Origin: a virus | IMG/VR virus record: IMGVR_UViG_3300030106_005675 | Strand: one strand, 5' to 3' | DNA: 39,683 bases | Shown here: in pieces, positions 15,901 through 25,124 of the stretch | Position numbering within the stretch: position 1 is the stretch's first letter | Layout: every line of letters begins with the position of its first letter | The notes under the pieces: generated by a model | Databases searched by the model: none | Seen by the model: the letters and a program-made list of their open reading frames with translations, nothing else | Told to the model about the DNA's origin: nothing | Translations under genes and position numbers: made by a program

Positions 15901-16198
15901 TTCCATTTACAGTTAAATTTCCTTGGATTGTTGTATTTCCTGAAGCATCAATTAAAAACCGCTGAGCACCGCCAGTTGCTACAGCAAATTGGTTTGCGCC
16001 AGGGCTATAAATTCCCGTGTCACTATCGCCATCAAAACTTAAGGATGGAGCGCCGACAGAACCTAAACCAAAATTCTTAAGTAAATCCTCAACCTTTACT
16101 TTTTTGGTTTGATCATTAACTAGATCGACAATTGGCAGAACGTCAGTTAAAACCGGGTCGGTGTAGGCCGTAAGCGCGGAAATCTTGACGTTTGCCAT
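12983..16198 (-). CDS. Long tail fibre with C-terminal intramolecular chaperone (peptidase S74) domain
   Basis: N-terminus MANVKISALT...LPIVD. The motif (E/Q)R(L/F)RIDSSG recurs at least 8 times. The C-terminus SDIKLKENIVD ... ALETEVATLKGS is S74-like. Confidence 0.85.
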   Translation of the reverse strand: MANVKISALTAYTDPVLTDVLPIVDLVNDQTKKVKVEDLLKNFGLGSVGAPSLSFDGDSDTGIYSPGANQFAVATGGAQRFLIDASGNTTIQGNLTVNGTSTIIESTTLQVDDKNIELGVVSTPSDTTADGGGITLKGATDKTLLWVNSTDCWTFNQSLNLTAGSASAPSLILNGDVNSGIFQPGADEFAVATGGSERLKINSSGLTVANGGDLTLSDKIIHAGDTNTAIRFPAADTVSVETAGIERFRVTSSGNFGIGDSNPDQKLIVSGSGETNAKLSGAASTVGGYLYLQNTNTTDNNSMVIEGVDAQGQGTSQVQFINVSHTNNEGAIAFNTRPSGGSMAQRIRIDSSGNLGVGTTSPSYKIDAYRSGSGIVSRFGKETIYGEFHVSGEAVGFQGTRSSDSAVTGFFINNPGNTGTSNFDNVSIKTAGTEKFKILSDGQIYHYLYDRWFASNGTTTVGYVGRANQMTAGGSDTDFSIASAANNLTFVTNGGERLRIDSDGHLMIGTTTKGFNNVADQFTIANSSHCGMTIRSGSTSSSSIYFADGTSGAAEYDGYIDYSHNDQHLRFGTAGGTERLRIDSSGRILVGTSVSRIVEDHVGNGPQGKIQIEATNSDAIMSIISAGTADANRCGTLSLGRHRNSTVGGTPTIVQNGDSLGALIFSAGDGTDMRTAGAKITASVDGTPGSNDMPGRLMFATTADGSANATERLRILSDGTITTAGLAATPGTVAAGSIVNANANAGFFTSGYDGKFGSATNHPVYLQVNGSAKLGIDTSGNATFDLAVTAAGTVKGNSGYVAGRIGAEFYGNSTSGTYPALVAQNFQSGVAFQGKNNAGTATTQLMANGSAQFATGSFLIESSGNSYTAGFIRGDSTGAFDGSNDKFILNPTSGTIQAGPINISSSTGYGVVNDVTANAGMIYAQCQGTASQYTGLYNAYFGSTQTFHVLANGNVANTNNSYGAISDIKLKENIVDANSQWDDIKGIRVRNYNFIEGQTHTQIGVIAQEIETISPGLVNEVPDTDTEGKDLGTTTKSVSYSVLYMKAIKALQEAMERIEALETEVATLKGS

Positions 16199-16237
16199 TG
16201 CCTCGTTATGCGGCGTCTGTTGGCATTATTTTAACCT

Positions 16238-17335
16238 TTAAGACCAAGTGCTAACAGCAACACGCTTCCAAGTGTTTGAGGCCACGCAAACGTAGATATA
16301 GCTTGCATCCCAAGCAATTTCACCAGCCGTGCCCGTTGCCGAAGCAGATGACGGTGTATGGGTTGGAATGATGGGCCTTGCACCTAGCGTCACATTGGCC
16401 GCTGTGATCGCCGCCATGCTTGTCAAAGTGCCTGCAGCCATGACTTTTAGGTCTAGCTTTCCGTCTTCTGTTGTGTCGCTTGCATCGACAATGGAGGCCA
16501 GCAAAGACGCATAGTCTTTTTCCGCTGGGGTGCCGGCATCATTATTTGATCGGAACGAAATCGAATTGATTTGGTCTGAATCTTGCCCGGCTGCAGTATT
16601 GCGATGATGATATAAAACAATATTTCCGGCAGTTGTGCTAACGTTTTCGGCGGATTCAACAAATAAAGCAATATCCTCTACTGATTCTGTAACATGCAAT
16701 GGATATAATGGCGTCGGTTGATTAATTCCTATAAATTGGCCTGAAACACGAATACGGCTTGAAACAGAGCCTGCATTGCTTGTCATAATATCAACAATTC
16801 CATCCTCAGTGCCATCAGATGCGTCTGATATTTTTGCAGTTATTTGGGCATATACGTGATCTTGAGTGTTGTCATTTCTTCCTCTAAATTCAATATTGGC
16901 TAAATTGTCACTATCGGCAGGTGAACTTGAGTTGCGATATAAAACAAGATCTGGAGCAGTATCTACGCCTGCATCAGTGTTTTCAATAATTACTTGGTCC
17001 GTTGTATCTGTGCTAAACAAGTGCAGCTGCGCTGCTGCAGTCCCGGTGCCTACTTGTAGCCCAGCAGCAGTAATTGTTGCAATATTTGAGCCATTTGCTG
17101 TAAAGCCGATTTGATCAGCTGCAGCCCTATAAAGCCCGGTATCACTACCATCTGAGCTAAAACTCAAGCTTGGCGCCGATGCAGTGCCGTCAGGCAACTT
17201 GCTATGCAAGTTATCAAATCTAATCTTTTTGTTTTGATTAGCGCTTGATGCTTCACTAACATCAACTATAGGCAATAAATCATTAACAGCTGGCGCCGTA
17301 AGCTCTGTAAGCTCAGTAATTTTTTTGTTTGCCAT
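16238..17335 (-). CDS. Tail fibre paralog without S74 domain
   Basis: MANKKITELTELT...LLPIVDV and APSLSFSSDGSDTGLY are shared with the other fibres. C-terminus is GEIAWDASYIYVCVASNTWKRV. I chose the start at 17335; the track gives 17362. Confidence 0.75.
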   Translation of the reverse strand: MANKKITELTELTAPAVNDLLPIVDVSEASSANQNKKIRFDNLHSKLPDGTASAPSLSFSSDGSDTGLYRAAADQIGFTANGSNIATITAAGLQVGTGTAAAQLHLFSTDTTDQVIIENTDAGVDTAPDLVLYRNSSSPADSDNLANIEFRGRNDNTQDHVYAQITAKISDASDGTEDGIVDIMTSNAGSVSSRIRVSGQFIGINQPTPLYPLHVTESVEDIALFVESAENVSTTAGNIVLYHHRNTAAGQDSDQINSISFRSNNDAGTPAEKDYASLLASIVDASDTTEDGKLDLKVMAAGTLTSMAAITAANVTLGARPIIPTHTPSSASATGTAGEIAWDASYIYVCVASNTWKRVAVSTWS

Positions 17336-17339
17336 TGAT

Positions 17340-18314
17340 TTAGCTAGCCTCCAAAGCAGCAACGCGAGTAGTTAATGCTTCAATCTCAGCGTATGCCTCT
17401 TGCAAACCTTTCATAAGCAACGGCACCAATGAAGCCTTGCCAACACCCATATAATCAATGTTTCCGTTTTCATCAAGTGTGTTCTCATCATTTAAAACAG
17501 CTTCAGGGCAAATTTCTTTTAATTCTTGCGCGATAAAACCCTCTTCGTAATTATCAGCCGCAATCAAACGGAAACGACGCATTTTGATTTGATTAATTCG
17601 CGTTTTCGCCGCAGGCATATCGGTAATATTATCTTTTAATCTTCTGTCAGATGAATCAAATAAGGTTACGTCAGTTGTGCTAACACTGCCAATCCTTCCC
17701 GATTGACTGCCATTAACCATAAACAAAACATGCGAACCAAGTTCTTGTCCTCCTGATCCAACTCTGTTTAAAGTCAACTGATGTGCATTATTCATAGATA
17801 TTCTCATCCGCCCTCGCTTTTGTATAATCATGCCTTCGTTTGTTGTATTGCTGGTCGCCGTTGGGTTTGTTTGAAAATTCCAATATAAAGACGGGCCATC
17901 ATCTCCGCCAGAAGTGCCAAGATTTTTGCCAACTGTAAATAAAGTATGATCAGAGCCACTGTCTTGAGTAACAAAACCAAACCCTGCTGCGTTAGCCTCA
18001 GTGCCGCTAACCCTATAAAAACCATGATTAGGGCCATCGCTGCCAAAACTAATTGACGGCGCAGCTTCTGAGCCATTAGGAATAATTACATCACCCGTTA
18101 AAGATCTAAGTGGAACCCAAGTGTTTGAAGCCGTTCTAAATTTAAGTTGACCTGCCGTTGTATCAGCCCACGTTTGATATACATATTTTGTGCTTATTGC
18201 TGTATCGGTTGCCCCGCTGTGGTTTGTAAACAGCGCGTGAAACCTAGTATTCATATCGGAACGCACAGCGGCGCCCGTACCGTTGTCAACGTCATGATCA
18301 GGGGCCTGTGGCAT
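17340..18314 (-). CDS. Short tail fibre with C-terminal S74 intramolecular chaperone domain
   Basis: APSISFGSDGPNHGFY motif. SDRRLKDNITD ... EIEALTTRVAALEAS is S74-like. Confidence 0.8.
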   Translation of the reverse strand: MPQAPDHDVDNGTGAAVRSDMNTRFHALFTNHSGATDTAISTKYVYQTWADTTAGQLKFRTASNTWVPLRSLTGDVIIPNGSEAAPSISFGSDGPNHGFYRVSGTEANAAGFGFVTQDSGSDHTLFTVGKNLGTSGGDDGPSLYWNFQTNPTATSNTTNEGMIIQKRGRMRISMNNAHQLTLNRVGSGGQELGSHVLFMVNGSQSGRIGSVSTTDVTLFDSSDRRLKDNITDMPAAKTRINQIKMRRFRLIAADNYEEGFIAQELKEICPEAVLNDENTLDENGNIDYMGVGKASLVPLLMKGLQEAYAEIEALTTRVAALEAS

Positions 18315-18318
18315 TTTA

Positions 18319-21300
18319 TTAAGCCTGAATTGTTCCGTATCCTATCGCAGTATAGCGAAACTCTCGACTTATCAACTCTGTGCCGTCAAAACTAGATTTA
18401 AACGTGACGCTAAACCCTGTTGATGTTGGCTTGCTTAAAATAAAATAATCGCCAGGCTCCATGTCATAGGCAATAATTCCAACCGAACAATCTGTGTCGG
18501 CATCAGTATAAAATGCATTTTTAAATGTCACAGTTCTCGTCCCTAGCCCTGATCGAATGACGTCACTTGTCTCAGTGCGTGTTTCAAATTTTATATCCAC
18601 GCCAAGTGACTCACAGACAGGCGATTGATCAGATTGGGTAGTTGTCAAAACCGCTTTAAATTGAAAGTGCCGCCCTGTAAAGCTTGTGTTTTCGAGTGGT
18701 ACCCAATCGCCATAAGTAATATTTGACGCCGTACCAAATATAAAGCCGTCTTCTCCTGTCAATGCGTCAGCATCTTGTAAACCTATTGCATTATCTGTCG
18801 GAATATCATTACTGCTTCTTAAGTAAAGTTGAACGTCAACATCATCAGCAATATCCCCATCAAAATCACTCCATGTATCGCACAAATCAACACGATCATC
18901 AAAAGTGTTTGTTCTGTAAATGCCTGTTGCGTCTAATATTCGTTTAAATAATGGACTGAATTTAAAGCCATCGCTAGAAGAACCATTGCCAAAATCAATT
19001 AATGAACCAAAATAATATGTGCCTGTCGTGCGTTGTGTCCCAAAAATAGTGTCGATATTAGCGCTTAATCCGTCTAAACTTGTTACTTCGTGATCAAAGG
19101 ATGCATCACCATCCAAAACTAAACCGTCAAAACTATCATCAAAATAGACACCATCACGCTGCCCTGGGAAACCATTTGCTGCCTCGTTAATACTCTCAAA
19201 ATTAAATTTTGGTAATATATCAGGCAAATTTATAACAGCGCTTGCCGCAACGTTGCTTTTTAATTTTTCTCTGTTTTCAAATTTAACAAAATACTCCCCT
19301 TCAAGTAATGGACACAACGCTGAACCATGGTGCGCGCCTCTACGCCTTAGAAAAACTGATTTATACCAAACACCAGTCCCGTCTACATTGCCAGAATGAC
19401 GAATAATTGCCGTAAAATCTCTTAAATTTTGGCCATCAATTTTTGAATCCCAACCAACTAGAACTTGATCAGTCCCAACAGGCTCAAGCGTTACCCCTGT
19501 TGGGTCAGGGGGCAATGTTTGGGTCGTAGCTCCTGATTCATCCCTTTCTACGCCATCGGGAGGGGCTACGTCATTAGCCTTTGCTGGCTTTGATCGCAGC
19601 CGGTTTGGCTCTGGCCCAATAGCAAAAACACGAATAACAATTTTTTGGCCAACAAGTATTGATTGATCAATATCAACGCTTGTGTTTATGGTTGTAATTG
19701 ATTTAAAATTGCCTGATCCAGAAATTTTATATTGAACCTCATAATTTATAGCTCGGTTGTCTGTGCCTCTTGACCATGAAACATTAATACGTTTAAACTT
19801 ATTAGCATTACGTGTGATCTCATAAAATTGAATTTTTAAATTTGTTGGAGTCGATGGTCTGTCATCAAATAATGTTACGTCAGGGAAAATAAGCTGAGAG
19901 TTTGCACTTTCAACAACGCTATAAATGCTGTCATTATGAATTACCCCTGTGACTGCATATACCCCATCTTCCCCTTCAGCAACAGCTAAACACCTAAATT
20001 TTTGATTGGCAACGCTGCTATCTGTTATAGACCAAATCGCCCCATCTTCAGGGGGATCATCAAATTTAGTGCTCACAATAATTGTATTAGAACCATCTAA
20101 GGTTGCAGAACGTGTTTGCACCCGACCATCTGGCAGTCGCACCGTTATTTCATCATTGCTCCCTGGCAGGGAAGAAACGTTTTGATCTGCAATGATTTTT
20201 TTTCTAGTCGCACCAATAATGCGACCAGACAAGCGTGAGCCTTGCCGCATTGCGTCAGAGACTGCAAAGATTTGGCCTGGCAGTACGTTAAGGCCCTCTA
20301 ACCCCACAGCAAAACTAACTGTTTCGCCCTCTAATTGCTCTGAAGTTAAAACCCATTTAGCCATTCTCTGCGCTTGCGTTCGTGACGTGCAACCGAAAGC
20401 AACAATCTCTCTTGTTTGCAGCCCATATTTATCTATGGCCGCACGATCCTCAACAATTATATGATCAGGTTTATAGAAATTATTTGGGTCATTATATCTT
20501 GCAACCACGCGAGTGCTGCGAGTCTTTAAAGATGAGCCACTATAAGAAAAGCCACCTTCGACAACATTAGAATTAGAAAATATATGAATTGCGTCTAGCG
20601 TAGTTCCGTCTAAATTACCGTGATCCGCCGCAAGCTGCACTGTATTTGATCGCCAATAAACAATCCCTCGAAATACACTTGCTAAATCCTGGATAACACT
20701 ATATGCGTCAGCCTGCGTTGAAATTGCTGTGTTAATTGCAAACCGTGGCTCAGTTTGACCATTGCCTAAATCTATCTGTTGATTGCAATATTTTGAAATT
20801 TCTATTAAATCAACCCAGCTGACATTATCGGCATTGATAAAATTGCCGGCGCCATATCGTTTGTTGATAAGCATATCGTAAAAACAGCAGACTGGACACG
20901 TTGTCCACTCTTTGTTTGTTTTTAAGCTGCCATTAAATGGAATATTGTCATTGTAAATTAAAGCGCCGTCTATGCCTGCACAAGAGTTATGAGGGATTGC
21001 AAGCTTCCTGCCCTTAACTTCATAAGATCTTGATGGTAAAGAAGAGTATTCCTCTGCATCTAAAGACAGCGCAGCAATGGCGGTTCCTGAATAATTAGTT
21101 TTTACATACTTACCAACAATAATTGAATTCCAAACAATTGTATCAGCTCTCCCGTCTGCTAATGGGGTTGTTGACGGTAGCTCTACAAGATCAGATGTCT
21201 TAATTTCAAAAGCATCTTCTCGATCACCAGTTACAGATCTGAAATTTAATTTTTTAACTTTAATTCGCCAAGGGGGGCGTTTGCCGCCTAACTCACACTC

Positions 21301-21858
21301 AAGATCGATCGGACTTGTCTTGAATTGATAGGCAGACGTTGCAATCCCTTCAATAATTTGACTTTCCAAATTATCACTAACATCAACAAAACCTTGCCCC
21401 TCTTCAGCAATTTTAATTTCTAGTCTAATTTTTGCGGGAAACAATTGACCACGGGCTAAGCCTTCAACGGCAGTGCTAAATAATCGCGGTATTGTAAAAA
21501 TCAATTGCACATAATCAGCTTCAGGATCGTTTACCTGTTGAATTACCTTGCCAACGCCATATTTGCGATCATCAGGATTAACAACATTATTGGCATCTGG
21601 TGTTTCGCTGTAATTTTCGCCAACTTGTTGCTCAACATTTATAATTGATGTTGTTGTTGTGGCAAAACCGCTGCGATCGCTAAGCATTGGTTGGCGTAAA
21701 GTCCCAAGCCGTTCTTCAAAATCAACCTTTCGCAGATCTTTGCTAGTTGCAGGTGTTTCGTTTAAAAAAACGCCATCCCGCTTTCCGACAATGCCCTCAA
21801 TTGGACCCTCGCAAATTAGGTCAACAAGCTTAATAACAGTTTTTGAATTTAAAGCCAT
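18319..21858 (-). CDS. Lambda gpJ-like central tail fibre / host specificity protein
   Basis: 1179 aa. N-terminal LICEGPIEGIVGKRDGVFLNETP is a J-family motif. It follows the gpI-like gene. Confidence 0.85.
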   Translation of the reverse strand: MALNSKTVIKLVDLICEGPIEGIVGKRDGVFLNETPATSKDLRKVDFEERLGTLRQPMLSDRSGFATTTTSIINVEQQVGENYSETPDANNVVNPDDRKYGVGKVIQQVNDPEADYVQLIFTIPRLFSTAVEGLARGQLFPAKIRLEIKIAEEGQGFVDVSDNLESQIIEGIATSAYQFKTSPIDLECELGGKRPPWRIKVKKLNFRSVTGDREDAFEIKTSDLVELPSTTPLADGRADTIVWNSIIVGKYVKTNYSGTAIAALSLDAEEYSSLPSRSYEVKGRKLAIPHNSCAGIDGALIYNDNIPFNGSLKTNKEWTTCPVCCFYDMLINKRYGAGNFINADNVSWVDLIEISKYCNQQIDLGNGQTEPRFAINTAISTQADAYSVIQDLASVFRGIVYWRSNTVQLAADHGNLDGTTLDAIHIFSNSNVVEGGFSYSGSSLKTRSTRVVARYNDPNNFYKPDHIIVEDRAAIDKYGLQTREIVAFGCTSRTQAQRMAKWVLTSEQLEGETVSFAVGLEGLNVLPGQIFAVSDAMRQGSRLSGRIIGATRKKIIADQNVSSLPGSNDEITVRLPDGRVQTRSATLDGSNTIIVSTKFDDPPEDGAIWSITDSSVANQKFRCLAVAEGEDGVYAVTGVIHNDSIYSVVESANSQLIFPDVTLFDDRPSTPTNLKIQFYEITRNANKFKRINVSWSRGTDNRAINYEVQYKISGSGNFKSITTINTSVDIDQSILVGQKIVIRVFAIGPEPNRLRSKPAKANDVAPPDGVERDESGATTQTLPPDPTGVTLEPVGTDQVLVGWDSKIDGQNLRDFTAIIRHSGNVDGTGVWYKSVFLRRRGAHHGSALCPLLEGEYFVKFENREKLKSNVAASAVINLPDILPKFNFESINEAANGFPGQRDGVYFDDSFDGLVLDGDASFDHEVTSLDGLSANIDTIFGTQRTTGTYYFGSLIDFGNGSSSDGFKFSPLFKRILDATGIYRTNTFDDRVDLCDTWSDFDGDIADDVDVQLYLRSSNDIPTDNAIGLQDADALTGEDGFIFGTASNITYGDWVPLENTSFTGRHFQFKAVLTTTQSDQSPVCESLGVDIKFETRTETSDVIRSGLGTRTVTFKNAFYTDADTDCSVGIIAYDMEPGDYFILSKPTSTGFSVTFKSSFDGTELISREFRYTAIGYGTIQA

Positions 21859-21859
21859 G

Positions 21860-23143
21860 TCAACCCTTTAAAATATTGTAACCATAACCGATTACTTTAA
21901 GGCGGGCTTGTTCGCGGACGTCTGCATCAGTAATTTTAACTTGTAATTTGACTCTCGTAGCATCGTCAATGCTTTCTGGTATTTCTAACCTATGCCCATA
22001 TCTGTAAGGAAAGTTATCCGTTGCATGAAATAAACCCTGCAAAGTTGCGGAAGCTCTGCCGACTATAGGATCCACACCGCTTTGATCAACGCTAATTTCA
22101 ATTTCATAAGTGATAAATCCATCGATTTTTGTAGTTGTTGTGTCGCCGACATGACTATAAAAAGGTCTATCAACTTCAAAAATAACATCTAAAGCGTTAA
22201 CATCGGCTGAGACATAAGCCAACCCGTTATTGTCTTTGGTTTCCCCTATGTTGTCTGTTGGGTTAGAAAAAACGAAGTCAACCTTTTCACGCCTATTACT
22301 GCTAGTGTCACGAATTTGTTTATTTCTGCCGATCGTAGCAGTTTCAAGACCGCCAGCTGAATTAAGCTCTCTCTCTGGTCTTTCGCCATTAATCCTAATT
22401 GTTTTTCGACTAATTGGCTTGATAGATTTTAAAAGAGGATCAGACTCATCGCTAATTTCAAGATTTACAGCTAACAAATGTCCGCCGATAATGACTTTTC
22501 CATATACAACAGGAATTGTCGCACCCGTGCCAACAGTATTTGCAGGGCCTTGAAATGCATATGACTGTTGCCCAGATGCACCGCGTTGAACGCTTTGAGG
22601 GCCAGTGCCTCGCGCATTAGTGCTGTTCATTCGATTAGAACCAGACAAGCGGGGGGTTTCGGGTTGTGGTGATATTAAATTTGCAGTGCCTGCCAAAACT
22701 AAGCCTGCGCCGATTGAACCAGCAGCTGTTGCAGCAACCCCACCAATAATTCCTGCACCCCCACCTGCTAATCCCAAACCTAACCCAGCAAATCCACCGG
22801 TAGCCGGGCCGAGGATAATAGCACCCGCAACCAAAGCAACCCCTATAGCGATTGTTCCGGCATCGCTGCCACTGCCCATAATGACCGGAACAACCGTTAA
22901 TGTCTTGCTGCCAATAGGCAGGAACATTTCCTCATAATTCATAGAGGCCCCACCTTGTATAACTTTATAGCCAACACCGTTTAAATGAGCCGTGACTAAT
23001 TCCTTTTTAAATGCAGGATAATTTACGCAAAGTAATTTTATCGCATCAGCAGGTGTTCTCAGACCACAATATAAATGCTCTGCTCCATACTTTTCGCCCA
23101 GATCACCGGCCAGCAAAACCCGTTGCATAGCGATAAACGGCAA
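21860..23143 (-). CDS. Lambda gpI-like tail assembly protein with C-terminal extension
   Basis: The N-terminal domain is followed by a G/A-rich hydrophobic block, then YAFQGPANTVGTGATIPVVYGKVIIGG. At 427 aa it is longer than lambda gpI. Confidence 0.65.
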   Translation of the reverse strand: MPFIAMQRVLLAGDLGEKYGAEHLYCGLRTPADAIKLLCVNYPAFKKELVTAHLNGVGYKVIQGGASMNYEEMFLPIGSKTLTVVPVIMGSGSDAGTIAIGVALVAGAIILGPATGGFAGLGLGLAGGGAGIIGGVAATAAGSIGAGLVLAGTANLISPQPETPRLSGSNRMNSTNARGTGPQSVQRGASGQQSYAFQGPANTVGTGATIPVVYGKVIIGGHLLAVNLEISDESDPLLKSIKPISRKTIRINGERPERELNSAGGLETATIGRNKQIRDTSSNRREKVDFVFSNPTDNIGETKDNNGLAYVSADVNALDVIFEVDRPFYSHVGDTTTTKIDGFITYEIEISVDQSGVDPIVGRASATLQGLFHATDNFPYRYGHRLEIPESIDDATRVKLQVKITDADVREQARLKVIGYGYNILKG

Positions 23144-23492
23144 CTACACTACTTCTATAATAACGTCCCAAAGGCTCTACAGCACTAAGACTGCTCATCC
23201 GCTGATGCAAAAGCCGGTCACCTTTTAAATAAATTGCTCCATGCATGGGCGATGCTGTGCCTAAATTCATAATTAAAACATCGTGTTGCCGGCGACAGTT
23301 AAAATTAATTCGTTGAAAGCCAAGCTCCCTTGCGTGTCTCATAAAAACACTTTTACATAGATTTAAGTCGTCAGGTCTTGGAAAATCCGGCAGGCTAATT
23401 CCCAACAATTTATAATAATCTCGCACAATGGTATAGCAATCTTGCTGCCCATATTTCCATTGTTTTCCAGTTAAGGATTGATAGTAAACCAT
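23103..23492 (-). CDS. NlpC/P60 cysteine peptidase (gpK C-terminal-half equivalent)
   Basis: QDCYTIVRDYY carries the catalytic Cys. PMHGAIYL and LLHQ carry the His residues. Confidence 0.7.
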   Translation of the reverse strand: MVYYQSLTGKQWKYGQQDCYTIVRDYYKLLGISLPDFPRPDDLNLCKSVFMRHARELGFQRINFNCRRQHDVLIMNLGTASPMHGAIYLKGDRLLHQRMSSLSAVEPLGRYYRSSVVAVYRYATGFAGR

Positions 23493-23845
23493 TTTTGATT
23501 CAGCACGTCATAAATATACCACGGAATATTAGTGTACTTACAAGCTTTTTGATCATTTTTGCTAGGCGCGCCGCCTTTAGGGTGCGAATGAACAACGGCT
23601 TGAATATTTCCGCTATTCATAGCCATTGCATAATCATAAGGATTTATTGCAAATGCCTCTGTAGGATTATCGGCAATATTGCGACAAGGCCAATAACTGC
23701 CATTAACAACAAGACCGCAACATTCATTAGGCAGCGTTTTATTGGCGTGCCATTCAGCCTCAGATTTGAAGCCGTGCACCTGGAAAACCTCCGAATGGCA
23801 AGGCGTCATGATTTTTTGAGCTACCTTTAGGGAACCTTGCCTCAC
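23471..23845 (-). CDS. MPN/JAMM domain protein (gpK N-terminal-half equivalent)
   Basis: NECCGLV and HSHPKGGAPSKND form the JAMM motif. The start is probably downstream of 23845 because it overlaps the gpL-like gene. Confidence 0.75.
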   Translation of the reverse strand: MRQGSLKVAQKIMTPCHSEVFQVHGFKSEAEWHANKTLPNECCGLVVNGSYWPCRNIADNPTEAFAINPYDYAMAMNSGNIQAVVHSHPKGGAPSKNDQKACKYTNIPWYIYDVLNQKWFTINP

Positions 23846-24782
23846 AACTGCTTAACCTTTTGCCGCAAACATCATTTTTCTTTTTTTCGCTTAATGTACC
23901 ACTTGTTAACAATGTGTCATTAATAGTAAAACACCTATCTCCATTATATGTGCATTCTCGGCTCCTATACTCCCATTGGCAAAATTCAGTGACGGTTCGT
24001 CTAGGTAATTGCAAGTTAGTCAAGTCTAGCTTTGCAGTTAATTCAAACTCCACAAATTGCAAATTTTCGGATGCAATCCTATCGATATACCATGTTTCAA
24101 CAATTTTTGCATCAGGATCGGCGGTGTCATTAAACGTTTGGTAAATTATATTATCACCCCCCTGCGTTATAACGTCATCGTCTCCTTCGGTTTGCGAAAG
24201 CTGGTTTTGGTTAAAATTTGAAATGTCCAAAAATTTTGCAAAAGTCCGAATGCGTCTAACCCTAGCGTTTAAAATATTAACTTTTTCGCCGTCACTAGGA
24301 TCACTTGATAACAAAAGTGCGCTAATCGCGTTGTTGGTATTTGCTATTTTAATAGTTGGCCGGGGCAACGTTCCTTTAGATGACGCGCTAAAGCCATCGG
24401 CCTCAACAGGAACAGCAGGGTAAGATTTACCGTCAAACACAATTGTTGAGATTAAGCCATTTGTGCCAGGGTGATAACGCAAAGTGTCAGCCAAACCGTT
24501 AACGTCTTTTGTTAGCTTTATTTCAAACAAATCAATAACAGCAGTTGGAGCAAGTGCTTGGAGTTGCTCTGCTAAAGGCTCAAATGCCTCCCAAGTGATT
24601 GTATTGTCAATTGCAGTTGATGTAATTTGACGCGGAAACTCCGGCTCACTACTGCCTGACAAGCCTGCAACAATGCATTTAAAGGCAAGAGTGTGGTGCT
24701 CTCCTCTACTTGCGCGAACAACCTCGCCAACCTTATAAGTGCGGCTAGCCTGCCATGCATGTAACGAATGCGGAAAAGCCAT
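23760..24782 (-). CDS. Lambda gpL-like minor tail protein with N-terminal extra module
   Basis: C-terminal Cys cluster CQWEYRSRECTYNGDRCF...CGKRLSSC. The N-terminal 70 aa or so, W..S.TYKVGEVV...CIVAGLSGSSEPEFP...TITW, is a glycan-binding-like module. Confidence 0.75.
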   Translation of the reverse strand: MAFPHSLHAWQASRTYKVGEVVRASRGEHHTLAFKCIVAGLSGSSEPEFPRQITSTAIDNTITWEAFEPLAEQLQALAPTAVIDLFEIKLTKDVNGLADTLRYHPGTNGLISTIVFDGKSYPAVPVEADGFSASSKGTLPRPTIKIANTNNAISALLLSSDPSDGEKVNILNARVRRIRTFAKFLDISNFNQNQLSQTEGDDDVITQGGDNIIYQTFNDTADPDAKIVETWYIDRIASENLQFVEFELTAKLDLTNLQLPRRTVTEFCQWEYRSRECTYNGDRCFTINDTLLTSGTLSEKKKNDVCGKRLSSCEARFPKGSSKNHDALPFGGFPGARLQI

Positions 24783-24785
24783 TAT

Positions 24786-25124
24786 TTAAGGTTCAAATAC
24801 TTGTTCAAATGTAGCGTTAACCGTTGCCCTGTTTAAATATGGGATAGTTTTGCTCCATTCTCTGCATACGAATTTACTGCTAGAGCTTTCGCCGGGCGGC
24901 GTAAATGTAAAGCTTTCCACAGCGGCTCTAGCGTCTAAAAATGTTTCAATGGTGTCAGAATCTGTTTCTGAAACTTCAAACGTTAACTGATAAACCTTTG
25001 GATTTTGGTTTATCCCAAATTGAATGCGTTGCTCATAGCCGGAACCAAATCTGATTCCCCTTACATTAGGCCTGCTCGCTTTCACAATGCCATAGGTTGG
25101 TGTGATTGACGGGAAAGTTGCCAT
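24786..25124 (-). CDS. Lambda gpM-like minor tail protein
   Basis: 112 aa, between the tape measure and gpL-like genes. The ...FTFTPPGE... core is typical of the family. Confidence 0.65.
   Translation of the reverse strand: MATFPSITPTYGIVKASRPNVRGIRFGSGYEQRIQFGINQNPKVYQLTFEVSETDSDTIETFLDARAAVESFTFTPPGESSSSKFVCREWSKTIPYLNRATVNATFEQVFEP

Noticed and set aside
22605-22937. 110-aa plus-strand ORF (P/A-rich) antisense to the gpI-like gene
   Set aside because: It is the mirror image of the Gly/Ala-rich hydrophobic block of gpI. Its low-complexity P/A composition is typical of an antisense artefact. It has no start context and interrupts a coherent minus-strand operon.
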